A DNA stretch of 62,000 nt from Chiloscyllium plagiosum (lineage: Eukaryota), in assembly GCF_004010195.1 (NCBI RefSeq), contig NC_057751.1, forward strand, positions 8,809,611 to 8,871,610. The letters run 5' to 3'. The stretch's first letter is position 1. Every line of letters starts with the position of its first letter. Under the pieces are notes generated by a model. It did no database searches. It was not told the origin of the DNA and saw only the letters and a list, made by a program, of their open reading frames with translations. The translations under genes were made by a program, and so were the position numbers. Shown here piece by piece: positions 38,350 to 49,972 of the stretch.

Positions 38350-39525
38350 TCGCAAAAAAATGAGGGTCAGGACGAAGAACACTTCGAAAAATGGGGATTA
38401 ATCATAGATAGTCAGCAAGGATTGGTTAGAGGGTGATCCGATCTATTGTACTTGACTTTTTTTTAAAATGTGACTAAATGCATTGATGAGGGTTGTGCAG
38501 TATTCAGTGGTTTACATGAACCTCTGCAAGGCCTCTTATGAGGTCCCACATGGATGAGTGCTCCAAAAGATCAGAGCCCATGGGGTCCAAGCCAAGTTGG
38601 CAAACTGGATCCAGTATAGGCATGCAAAGTGGAAGCACAAACAGGATGGTGGAGTGATGCTTTTGTGATCGGAACCCTGTGACCAGCAGCACGCTACAAG
38701 GATTGATGCTGATACTCGCTGTTTGTCATGTAAATGAGCAACATGGATGTGAATGCACTAAGCGTAATTAATAACTTTGCGTATGACATTAAAATTGGTG
38801 GTGTTTTTGATGATGATGAGCATAAGCTGCACTTGATATTGATACTGATCAGCTGGCAACCTGGGAAGAACAATGGCAGATACAATTCAATCCACTAGGT
38901 ATGACGTGATGCATTTTGGGAGGTCTGATAAGAGAAGCATAGACACAATGAACGTTAAGTCCCAAAGCAGTACTGAGGAACAGAGAGGCCTTGATTTACA
39001 AATCCAGAGACCCCAGGACACAGAATATATCGTTGAAGTCTTGCTACCACTTGCTAATGCAACATTATGTGCAGTTCTGTTGCAACACTACTTCAAGAGG
39101 GTGCAGAGGAGATTCACCACAATTTTGCCTGGGACAGAAAGTGAGAGTTCAGGAGAGATTGGACAATCTGGTTTGTTTTCACTGGAGCAAAAGGGGTGTC
39201 AGACTGAGGAATTCAAACTTATGAGAGGCATAGACAGAGCTGATCATGAATATCTTTGTCCCATGTCAGATATGTCTCAGAACAGAGGTCATACATTTAA
39301 AGTGAACATGAAGATATTTCAAGGAGATCCAAGACCATTTTATTTCACCTGGAAAGTGCATGAAATATGGAACATGCTGCCTGAGAAAGTGGAGGAGGCA
39401 GATACTCTCATAACATTTCAGAAACACCTCCAAGAGCACTTAAGATAAAAGGGCATAATCAGCTAGAGGCTATGTGCAGGCAAATTGGATTCATGTAGCT
39501 TGGTGTTTATCAGCATGGACATGAT
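38350..39525 (+). mobile_element. Old CR1 LINE
   Basis: LIIDSQQGLVRG, MHFGRS, KRVQRRFTTILPG, GLFSLEQ, IWNMLPEKVEEA. Confidence 0.85.
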
Positions 39526-39534
39526 AAGCCCAAG

Positions 39535-40250
39535 GTGGACAAGCACATGGCTGGAAGAACAGAGCAAGCCAGGCAGCATCAAGAGGTGGAGAAGTCAACG
39601 TTTCAGTGGAACCCTTCTTCAGGACTGGGGGTGGCTGCAAGGGGAGCTGCAGATAAAGGGCATGGGGGCAGGGCGGTAAGGTGAGGATAGGTGAGCACAG
39701 TTGAGGGTCCGACCTGGTTGGTCGATGGGAGGAATAAATCCAGTTGGTAGCTGGAAGGAAAGGTTGAACAGAGGAATAGAATGGAGAGGGAAGGGTTGGG
39801 AAGGGAGGTTATTTGCAATTGGAAAATTCAACGTTCAGTCCTCTGGGCTGCTGGCTGCACAGGCGGAGGAGGTGGTGTTCCTCCATTTTGCCATCTGATC
39901 CATTGTGGCAATGGAGGCAGCCAAGGATGGTCATGTCGGAAAGAGAGTGGAAAGGGAAATTAAAACAGGCGGTGACCAGCAGACCAGGTCGGTCCATGTG
40001 GGCCCGCCTGAGATGCTCAGTGTAGTGTTCCCTTAGTTTACGTTTGGTCTCCTCCATGTGGAGGTGACCACATTGGGAGCACCTGATGTTGTAAACTAGA
40101 TTGGAGGAGAGACAGGACTGTTTGGGGCCTTGGGAGGTGGTGAATGGAGCAATGTGCTGGCAGGTTTTGCATCTTTGCCAGTTGTAGAGAAAGATACCTT
40201 GCCAGAGTTGGTGCAAGTGTTTAAGGATGATGCATTAGATGTGGAGACCG
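39535..40250 (-). mobile_element. Penelope-like element, inverted GIY-YIG + pLTR copy
   Basis: ORF 39809-40216: RCKTC..., SSNLVYNIRCSQCG..ETKRKLREH..EHLR...FN...H...E...PRGLN (Cys-linker plus GIY-YIG). Hammerhead motif at 39594-39625. Confidence 0.88.
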
Positions 40251-40890
40251 GTTGGAGTCCCTTGTCCTCAACTACCACCCCACCAGTCTCCACCACATCA
40301 TAAGACCCCACCATCAAGACCATCAACCCCTCTCCACCCATCTCAGCCTTCTGCAAGGACCATTCTTTTTGCCAAATTGTGGATCGTGCCACTCCCCCAA
40401 TAACTACCCTGTACCCCCAGGTACTTTCCCCTGCAACCGGCAAACATTCACCTGCCTCTCCTCCAATGTAGTTTACTATATCCAGTGTTCCCCACCTGGT
40501 CTTCGTAGAACACAGAACAGTACAGCACAGTACAGGCACTTCGGCCCTTGAAGTTGTACCTTTTATCCTAATATCAGATCCGATTAACCTACATACCCTT
40601 CATTGTATCCAGTGCCCTACCCAAGACTCGCTTAAATATCCATAATGTATTTGACTCTACTCACATTGCTGGCAGTGCATTCCATATTTCCACCACTCTA
40701 AACCTTCCTTCAAGTACCTGAAAGTTAAGACCCTCATGATAGAAATTTTCATCATGGGAAAAAGGCTTTGCCGATCCACTCTATCTATGCCTCTCAACAT
40801 CTCGTACACCTCTATCAAGTCACCTCTCATCCTTCTTCGCTCCAATGAGAAAAGCCTTAACTCCCTCAACCAATGTTCTCAAAGATTCAT

Positions 40891-41143
40891 TCCACCCTGG
40901 CAATGCTTTACTACAACCTCTCCCATTGGGGAGAAGGTACAGAAGCCTGAACATATGCACAAGCTGGTTTCATAACAGTTTCTACCCTACTGTTATTAGA
41001 ATACTGAATGGACTCTCAAATCCTTAGCATTCATCTGTACCTGTGTTTTTTGTTTTTGCCACTGTTTACTGATTATTTACTTATCAATGCTACTTAACTG
41101 GGTGATCTGCCTGTATTTCACTGTGCCTTGGTACACATGACAA
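40891..41143 (+). mobile_element. Rex1/Babar-type LINE 3' end nested in CR1
   Basis: LQPLPLGRRYRSLNICTSWFHNSFYPTVIRILN resembles the Rex1 ORF C-terminus (LPSGRRYRS...RF.NSFYP..IRLLN). AATAAA near the end. Confidence 0.7.
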
Positions 41144-41869
41144 TAAATTTACTTCAATTCAACTCCATCTGCCACTTATTAACCCAGTTCTGCATCCTGT
41201 CAATGCCCTGTTGCAACCTGCAACAGCCGTCCACACTATCCTCAACTCCACCAACTTTGATATCATCAGCAAACTTACCTCATCCCCTTCCTTATCCAAG
41301 TTATTCATAAAAATCACAAAGAGCAGAAGTCCCAGAACCAATTCCTGTGGAACACCAGGCTCCAAATCGAATACTTTCCATCAACCTCCACTTTCTGTCT
41401 TGTTTTGGGCCAGCCAATTCTGTATCCAGACAGCCAGATTTCCCTGCATTCCATGCCTCCTTACTTTCTGAATGAGCCTTCCATGGGGAACCTTATCAAA
41501 TGCCTTGCTAAAATCCACATACACCACATCCATTGCTCTATGTTCAATGTGTTTCAGCCTGTCCTCAAAGAATGCTGACTATCTCTAATCAAACTATGAT
41601 GCTCCAAGTAATCATAAATACTGCATGTCAGGGTCATCTCCACTAATTTGCCCACCACTGACTACTCTAATTCCCTTTCTTAACCAAGGGAATAACATTT
41701 ACCACCCTCCAACCATCTGGCACTACTTCAGTGGACAGTGAGGACGCAAAGACCATGGCCAGAGGTGCAGAAATCTCTTCCTTCACTTCCTGTAGTAACC
41801 GAGGGAACATCCTGTCTGGCCACTCTAATCTTTGCCTCCACAACCTGAAGCAAACTTTGTTTGCCTCTT

Positions 41870-41987
41870 GGAGAAAGTAAGGACTGCAGATGCTGGGGAT
41901 CAGAGCTTAATGCCCGAAACTTCGATTCTCCTTCTCCTTTGATGCTGCCTGACCTGCTGCGCTTTTCCAGCAACACATTTTTAAGCT
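41870..41987. mobile_element. Penelope-derived mini-element nested in CR1 (inverted tail + partial hammerhead)
   Basis: ggagaaagtaaggactgcagatgctgg (reverse tail) joined to tgcccgaaacttcgattctcc...gatgctgcctgacctgctgcgc. Confidence 0.75.
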
Positions 41988-43811
41988 TCCTTTTCCTCTT
42001 GACTAGATGTCCCACATGTCATCATCCAAGGTTCTTTCAACCGGTCATCCCTTTCTTGCTTCAGTGGAACAAATCTGGCCAGCATTATCAGCAAGTGTAT
42101 TCTGAACAACCTTCATATTTCTGTCATCCATTGCCCTGAGAACATCTGTTTGAATTGATGCACCCCACTTCCTGCCGAACAGCATTGTAATTCTCCTTTC
42201 CTCAATTAAATACTTACGCATACCAACTGCTCCTATCCCTCGCCACAAGAAAAGTGAGGGTCAGAGAATTGTTATCACTATGACCAAAATGCTCTCCCCC
42301 ACCATGAGATCTGACACTTGGCATGTATCATTTCCAAGCAACAAATCCAATATGTCCTCCCCTCTAATTGGCCTAACGACATATTGAGCCAGGAACCCTT
42401 CCTTGGCACACCTGTCAAAAACTACTGTACCCAAACTATTTGAACTAAAGGAGATTAGTTCAATCAATCAATATTAGGCAAGTTCAAGTCATGCATGACA
42501 ACAACCCTGCTACTTCTGTGCCTTTCCAAAATCTGCCTCCCAATCTGCACCTCAGTGTTTCTGTTGCTATCGGGGGCTCGAGAGAAAACTCCAATCAAGT
42601 GACTGCTCCTTTGCTGTTTCTATCTTCCTCCCATACTGGCTCTGCGAACAAAACCTCCTCAAAGACCTCCCTTTCTGCAGCCGTGATACCATCCTTCATT
42701 ATCAATGCCATCCTCCACCTCTTTCACCTCCCGCCCCATTCCTTTTGAGCAACTGAACCCTGGAACATCCAACAACCATCTTCTCTACATTGGGGAGACC
42801 AAATGTAAACTAAGGAAATGTTTTGCCACAGGGGCCAACCTGACCTCCCAACACCACTTATTTTAATTCTCCTTCTCTCTCCCTTTCTGACATAACCATC
42901 CTTGGCCTCCTCCATTACCACAATGAAGCAGACTGCAAATTGGAGAAACAACATCTCATCTTCTGCCTGGGCAGCCTGCAGCCCAAAGGACTCAACACTG
43001 AGACCTCCAATTTCAAATAACCCCCACTTCCTCACCCTTCCCCTCCATTCCATTCCTCTGTTCGCCCCTCCCTTCCAGCCACCAACCGGATTCATTCCTC
43101 CCATAGACCAACCAGGTCATACCCTCTACCCATATTCACTTAACCCCACCTCACCACCCTGCCTCCCCTAATCTGTTTATCAGCAGCTTCCCTTACACTC
43201 ACCCCCAGTCCTGAAGAAGGGTGACACTGAAAACATTGACATCTCCACCTCCTGATGCTGCCAGGTTTCCTGTGTTCTTCCAGCCTTCTGCTCGACTACC
43301 TTGGATTCCCGGATCTGCAGTTTTTTTTTGTCTCATGATAATCCCAAGGGCCTGTTTCAATGTCAAAAGACTAACTGTAAATGGGCAGCCACGGTAAAGT
43401 TGCAGTGAGGTGCTGTAATAGTGATTGGGGTCTAACTTATTTTCAACAGACGCTGGTTGACGTTAGTGTTTCCAAGTTTTGCTGGCCTTCTACCTACTTC
43501 TATTTGTCAGCTAATAATACAGCTGGTCATCCACATCCCTTTCTGCAAAGAATGGCAAACTTTGGAAAAATGGCATTGGAACACTGATTCAATATGTGCT
43601 TCAAGAAGCTGCTAAAATCATGTGGCAAAACTCTATGACACCAGTAAAACCAGCAACTTCTCATCACATGCACAATTGCAGCACTTGCTGATTGCCTCTT
43701 GCAATGTTCCCTCATAACACCTCTGCTACTTTTTGACAATTGCCATCAATTGATGGCTTTCATTTAGCCATTCTTCCAACTAGTGGAAACAATTCCTCCA
43801 AGTTACCACAA

Positions 43812-44460
43812 AACCATAAGCAATACAAACACAGGGTGGCTGTTGAGCCCCGAGAGCCTGCACACATAGCTCATATTCATTTCCCTGTCTTTTGCCCCAA
43901 AGTCTTGATTCCCCTCCTGGTCAAAAACGTACCAAGTTCAGCCTTAAATGCACACGAGGATATGACCTCCACAACTTTTTGTCAGCAAGGTCTGACAACT
44001 GTCTCCCAAGAAATCCATCATCTCAAACTTAAATTTGCAGCCTTTTATTCTGAGATTAAGCCCCCATTGTCCTTGACTCTCAGGACTAAGCACTAAGACG
44101 GTCAAGCCTCTTCAGATTTTTGTGATTTTCCATGAAATCACTTCTCAATCTTTGAAAATCCAGCGTGTATAATCCCAACCTGTTTTGCCTTTGTTCCTCA
44201 GACACTCCAACCAACCACATGAACCTTCGCTGAACTGCCTTCCATAAAACTGTATCTTTCTTTAAAGAGAGGGGACCAAAACTGTCCACAGGACTCACCA
44301 TGTGGTTTCCCCAACCTCTTGCATAACTGTAGTCAGATTTCCCTGCTGACAGTCCAATCCCCTTGAAATAACAGTCAGCATTCCATCTGCCTTCCAGTTT
44401 ACCTGCTGCTCCTGTACGCTGCCTTTATGTTTTGTATAAAAGTCCCCTTTAGCGCTTCAG
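43812..44460 (-). mobile_element. Old CR1 3' fragment
   Basis: KAVQRRFMWL...NRLGLYTLDFQRLRSDF. Confidence 0.75.
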
Positions 44461-44934
44461 TCTTCTATCCTTTTGTTGGCCCTGCCACCAAGAGGTTCTC
44501 GTTTTCCCTTTCAAGTTATCGCAATCCCACTCCATCATAAAACAGAGATATGACTCATGGTGAAATTAAGCTATAGGTTCCCATCAAGTGACTGTCAAGG
44601 TTGAGACATGCATGGTAACTTCAGTTGACCCATGATACTCGTGTTACTCTGTACTGCAATCCAGCCATCCACTTAACTGAGCTACTCCATCAAAGCAACC
44701 ATGAATCTGCAATTGATACAATCACTTGCTTGTTTGCTCATCAACTGATAGGATGGGCATATATCAAGTCTTTAGAGAATCAATATGCAGCAGTGTAGAC
44801 CAAAATTCGTTTCATGTCTTTCTTCTTTCTCTTCGTATTTCTTTAACACTCACCAGCCACTTGAATTAGAAGTTCAGCTTCTATTTTGAGAAGCAGCTTG
44901 GAAATACCCTGTGAAGATCAGCCAAGAAAAACAC

Positions 44935-45470
44935 AACACAGGAACAGGCCCTTCAATGCACCAGATCTGCAATGACACATGATATCTTTCCAAACTGAAA
45001 GCCTTTTGCCTCCACACAGTCCATATTACTCTGTACCAGGTCTATTAATCTGTTAAGATGCTTCATACATGTTAGTATTCTGTCTGCTTGTACCAACTTC
45101 TCAGTCAACCCTTTCAGGCACTAGCACCACCTACAAATTTTGCCTCTCACATCGCCATTAAAAAAAACTTACCCCCTCTTGCCCTAAACCTACGTCACCC
45201 ATTGACATTTCTCCCCTGGGATAAAGAATCGACCTACCCATTCTATCCAGGCCTCTTAAGATTTTGTAAAACTTGATTGTGTTGCCCCTCAGCCTCCAAC
45301 ATTCAAGTACAAACATGATCTGAAGGTGCCAGTGTTGGCAAGTTTATTTGAAATCACAAGCTTTCAAAGCACTGTTCTTTTATCAAGTGAAAACAGCACT
45401 AATAGCCAATCTCTCCACATAGCTAATACATTCCAAAACCAAGCCACATCATAGTAAGTATGCGCTGTAC
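44935..45470 (-). mobile_element. Decayed CR1 3' fragment with a small Penelope-type insert (~45318-45392)
   Basis: 3' UTR similarity to 40505-40870. The insert resembles the 35199-35378 family. Confidence 0.6.
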
Positions 45471-45649
45471 TTCACCAAAACTACTACTGTTGTCCCGTTC
45501 CCCCCATCCCACCTCGGTCGAAGCAAAACCTCCTTCATCTTTATTCCGGGCCCTGGAGGGAGAGAGAACAATTGCCTCTGTGCAGAGAAACATGGGTTCC
45601 CGGTCTTTTCTGGAAAAGCAGTTTCTTAATGAATTACATAGTCATTTTA

Positions 45650-47822
45650 CAGGGAATGCCATCCAGATAAAGCACGAAAGAGAGAAGGCAAAATCGAATG
45701 TCATTGTGTTACAGTTAAATAAAGATTACAGGGCACGAGAGAGGAACTGACAAAAATTGACCGGAATCAGACCCTAGTGGGGAAGACAGCAGAGCAACAA
45801 TGGCAGGAGTTTCTAGGCGTAACTGAGGACACAGTACAGAAGTTCATCCCAAAGAAAAGACAGATGATTATGCAGAAAGTGGGGGAGGGGGGTATTAGAC
45901 AGCATGGCTGACAAAGGAAGTCAGGAAATGTATCAAAGAAAAAGAGACAGCCGATAAAGGGGCCAAGAGAACTGGGAAATTAGAAGATTGGGAAGGCTAC
46001 AAAAATAAACAGAGAATAACAGAGAGAAATAAGGAAAGAGAGGATCAAATATGAAGGTAGCCTAGCCAGTAATATTAGAAATTCTAGTAAAAGTTACTTT
46101 CAATACACAAGAAACAAATGAGAGGCAAAAGTAGACAGTGGGCCACTCCAAATTGATGCTCAAAGGCTAGTGATGGAAGATAAGGAAATAGCTGAAGAAC
46201 TAATGAAGTACTTTCCGTCAGTCTTCACAGTGGAAGACATGAGTAATATCCCAACAATTAAACAGAGTCGGGGACAGAGTTGAGTATGATAGCCATTACA
46301 AACAGGAAGTGCTACAAGAGCTCAAAGGTCTAAAAATTGATAAATCTCCTGGCTCTGGTGAGCTACATCCTAGAGTTCTGAGGGAGGTGCCTGAAGAAAT
46401 AGCAGAGGCGTTGGCTGTGATCTTTTAAAAAAAAATCACTGGAGTCAGGCAAAGTCCCAGATGATTGGGAAAAAAATTGCTGTTTTAACCCCCTTGTTCG
46501 AGAAAGGATCAAGACAAAAATTGGAAAATTATAGGCCGATTAGCCTAACCCCGGTTATTGGTGAAATTCTAGAATCCATCGTTAAAGTTGGGATTTCTAA
46601 ATTCTTGGAAGTGCAGGGTTGGATTAGAACAAGCCAGTGTGAATTTAGTAAGAGGAGGTCATGCCTGACAAACTTGTTATTTATCTCGACTTCCAAAAAA
46701 GTGCCTCATGGGAGGCTGCTGAGTAAGGTGAGGGACCCGTGGTGTTCAAGGTGAGGTAGTGGCATGGATTGAAGATTGACTGTCTAACAGAAGGCAGACA
46801 GTTGGGATGAAAGGTTCTTTTTCGGAATGGCAGCCGGTGACAAGTGGTGTCCCACAGGGTTCAGTGTTGGGGCCGCAGCTGTTCACTTTATACATTAGTG
46901 ATCTGGATGAAGGGACTGGGGGCATTCTGGCTACGTTTGTCGATGAGATTAAGTCAGGTGGACAGACAGGTAGTAGTGAGGAGATGGGGAGGCTGCAGAA
47001 AGATTGAGACTGTTTAGGAGAGTGGTCTAGGAAATAGCTGATGAAATTCAATGGGAGCAAATGCGAGGTTTTGAACTCTGGAAAAAAGAATATAAGCATG
47101 GACCATTTTCTAGAAGGTGAGAAAATTCAAGAAGCCGAAGTACACAAGGATCTGGGAGTGAGAGTCCAGGATTCTCTCAAGGTTGACTTGCAGGTTGAAT
47201 CCGTGATTAAGAAAGCAAATGTAATGTCATTTATCTCAAGAGGATTGGGATATAGATGCAGCAATGTGCTTCTGGAGACTTTATAAAGCTCTAGTTAGGC
47301 CCCATTTGGAATGTTCTGTCCAATTTTGGGCCCACACCTCAGGAAGGACATACTGACACTGCAGTGTGTCCAGTGGAGATTCACATGGACAATCCCTGGA
47401 ATGGTCGGCCTAATACATGATGAGCAGCTGAGGATCCTGGGATTGTATTCCAATTTAGAAGGATGAGGAACGATCAGATAGAAACTTACAAGATAACGCA
47501 TGGCCGAGAAAGGGTGGACTCTGGGAAGTTGTTTACATTCGGCATTGAGAGTAGGACCCATGGGCACAGCCTTAGAATTAGAGGGAGTCCATTTGAAACA
47601 GAAATTAGGAGATATTTCTTCAGCCACAGAGTGGCAGGCCTGTGGAACTCACTGCCACGGAACGCTGAATGCCTTCAAGGCAGAGGTTGACAATTCCTTG
47701 TGAGATCCAGAATTTAAGTGCAATGGGGAGAGTGCGGTAAGTGGGGCTGAAATGCCCGTCAGCCATTATTAAATGGCAAAGTGGACTCGATGGGCCGAAT
47801 GGCCTTACTACCACTCCTATAT
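45650..47822 (+). mobile_element. CR1 LINE, longest continuous copy (~2.2 kb of ORF2 + 3' UTR), disrupted by stops and frameshifts
   Basis: KSPG, LENYRPISLT, SCLTNLL, GVPQGSVLGPQLFTLYISDLD, DLGVRV, FFSHRVAGLWNSLP. Confidence 0.95.
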
Positions 47823-47886
47823 CTAACATCCATCTTGACTGTAATGGTCACCCAATCAGCGAGCATCAACAGTAAAGATTAAGCCA

Positions 47887-47978
47887 TCTGATGAAGGGCT
47901 TTTGCCCGAAACGCCGATTTTCCTGCTCCTCAGATGCTGCCTGACCTGTAGTGCTTTTCCAGCACTACTCTGATCTAA
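47887..47978 (+). mobile_element. Penelope-derived mini-element starting at a hammerhead motif
   Basis: CTGATGA-A-GGGC-TTTT-GCCC-GAAAC-GCC (cleavage triplet mutated from GTC), followed by the shared tail. Confidence 0.8.
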
Positions 47979-48259
47979 AAACTGTTGTTATACAATGAAC
48001 GTTCTGAACCTTAACTGGTTTCACAGCATGAACATGTTTCACCTTTTTAACTGACCTTACATGTTTAAAGCTTGCAATATTGTTAAATGTCCTTCTGTAA
48101 TGAATGTTTTTCCACCTTGTTAACCCATTACCCTTGCCTCCAGCACCCCACTGTTAACTGCAAGTTCTTAACTAATCCGAGTCGTGCTCAGCTGAACCTC
48201 TTCCTTCACAAAACTCAAAAAACTCTACTCTTTCCCTCAAGTCTGTACCGGCCCAATAC

Positions 48260-48725
48260 ACGTTCTCACTACATCCTTATGGCAGAACTACACACAATAT
48301 TCCAAACATGGTCTACTTCAACTTTTATGCAGCTCCAATGTGACTGGTGAATTGTTATACCCGATGCCCCAAAAATTAAAGGCAAGCATGCCAATCGTCT
48401 TCTTGACCACCTTATCCACTTGTGCTACCACCTGCATGGAACAGTGGACCGACACACCTGCATCCTCGAGATGATGAATGCTTCTAAAGGTTCTGCCATT
48501 TACAATGTACTTCCCTCCTGCATTAAGTCTTCAAAAACGCATCACCCCACATTTGGCTAGATCAAATCTCATCTGCCATATCTCTGGCCAAGTTTCCAAC
48601 ACACTTTCCAGCAATCCTTCTCACTATTCACAGCTAGCCCAACTTTTGTCTTGTCCACAAACTTACTACTCAGAACAACTACATTCTCCTCCAAATCCTT
48701 CACAGGTGAAAAACAACAGGGGCCC
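48260..48725 (-). mobile_element. Decayed CR1 fragment
   Basis: Reverse-strand similarity to the RT C-terminal region of other CR1 copies. Confidence 0.65.
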
Positions 48726-48916
48726 CAAATCTCCAGCGAGCTTACTCCACTAAAGAAGGGCTTTGTCGTTCATCAGAGTTCAGTTGACACTTGTCATCCA
48801 GTGTGTAATTAGAAAATGGGTGACATCACTTTTCTGGGCAAAACTAGCCAGGCTCACATGTGAACAAACGAAGTGTTACCATCAGCCTACACTGATAGTC
48901 AGCAAGATGATCTCAG

Positions 48917-49149
48917 AGTTGAAACTTTATTGCTGGAACAGCACAGCAGGTCAGGCAGCATCCAGGGAACAGGAGATTCGACGTTTCGGGCACAGGCCCT
49001 TCTTTTTCTGGGCAAAACTTCCTGAAGAAGGGCCTGTGCCCGAAACGTCGAATCTCCTGTTCCCTGGATGCTGCCTGACCTGCTGTGCTGTTCCAGCAAT
49101 AAAGTTTCAACTTTGATCTGCAGCATCTGAAGACCTCACTTTCTCCTCG
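48917..49149. mobile_element. Young palindromic Penelope-derived insertion: perfect 88-bp inverted arms (48917-49004 / 49025-49112), 20-bp spacer, 14-bp flanking direct repeat
   Basis: Arms are identical with all CpGs intact. aagatgatctcaga occurs at 48904-48917 and 49150-49163. Confidence 0.92.
49019..49052 (+). ncRNA. Intact minimal hammerhead ribozyme motif (type I, dimer-type)
   Basis: UUC-CUGAAGA-A-GGGC-CUGU-GCCC-GAAAC-GUC-GAA. Predicted cleavage after C49049. Confidence 0.8.
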
Positions 49150-49764
49150 AAGATGATCTCAGATCCTACTACCTGTCTGTTATTCCTGGCAGCATTTACA
49201 GTGGTTCAATCACAGTCACATTCCCTTTTACTCTTGAGCCTCTTCCAACCCCACCAATCCTGTCAACACATAGCCATGATGGCTTAATGCCTAAGTACAC
49301 TACAGAGTGTGGCACAAGGCCATGCATACCAGGAAGGCCCCTGGTCGACGCACATTGCTTTGGGGGAAGGGAGCAGAAACAGACAGACAGACACAACCTG
49401 CTTCACTCACCCAGTTGAAGGGCAAGCATAACTGCAGCATCATGGCAACCAAATAACCTAGTTCACTCATTTGATACTGCAGTTAGTCTGTTGGAGCTTA
49501 GACTGATGAGCAATAAGATATGAAGATGGCATCACCTCATAGAACACCAAAGGGGAAAAAAAAGAATGGATAAGGCACAGTAAGACTATCTTAACATGCT
49601 GATAACTTCAATTATTTTGATTTATTAGCCATTTACATAACAGTTTTCCTTATCTAATTCACCACAATTTTGAGATAATCAAGTCTCATGTTCAACCAAA
49701 AATTTCCTGAGGTTAAATTCAAATCTCCAGAGGTGTTCAAAAATTACCTAATTATATAGAAATG

Positions 49765-49972
49765 GCCAGCACAGAAATAGACCCTTTGGTCCAACTCGCC
49801 CATGTCAACCAGATATCCTAAATTAATCTAGTCCCATTCGCCAGCACTTGGGGCCCATATCCCTATAAACCCATCCTATTCATGTACACATCCAGATGCC
49901 TATTAAATGTTGTAATTGTACCAGTCTCGACCACTTCCTCATTCCATATACACACGAGCCTTTGCATGAAGC
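49765..49972 (-). mobile_element. CR1 3' UTR fragment
   Basis: Closely similar to 57655-57870. Confidence 0.85.

Larger units (their letters stand above)
40505..42778 (-). mobile_element. CR1 LINE (internally deleted) nested in the Penelope element
   Basis: LFSLERRRMRGDLIEVYEML, GVPQELVLGLLLFVIFMNNLD, FLAQYVVRPIRGEDILDLLLGN, and a gttct-type 3' terminus at ~40506. Confidence 0.9.
40251..43330 (+). mobile_element. Penelope-like element forward copy (40251-40504 + 42779-43330) split by a CR1
   Basis: LVLNYHPT, TFPCNR, FTCLSSNVVYYIQCS before the break and LYIGETKCKLR after it. tcttc lies at both junctions. Hammerhead motif at 43208-43240. Confidence 0.85.

Noticed and set aside
45650..47822. 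Active autonomous LINE
   Set aside because: Multiple stops and frameshifts, 5'-truncated, and the catalytic region is altered (FVDE rather than FADD).
48899..49126. Near-identical ORFs on both strands (KLYCWNSTAGQAASREQEIRRFGHRPFF)
   Set aside because: A by-product of the perfect inverted repeat, not a protein gene.
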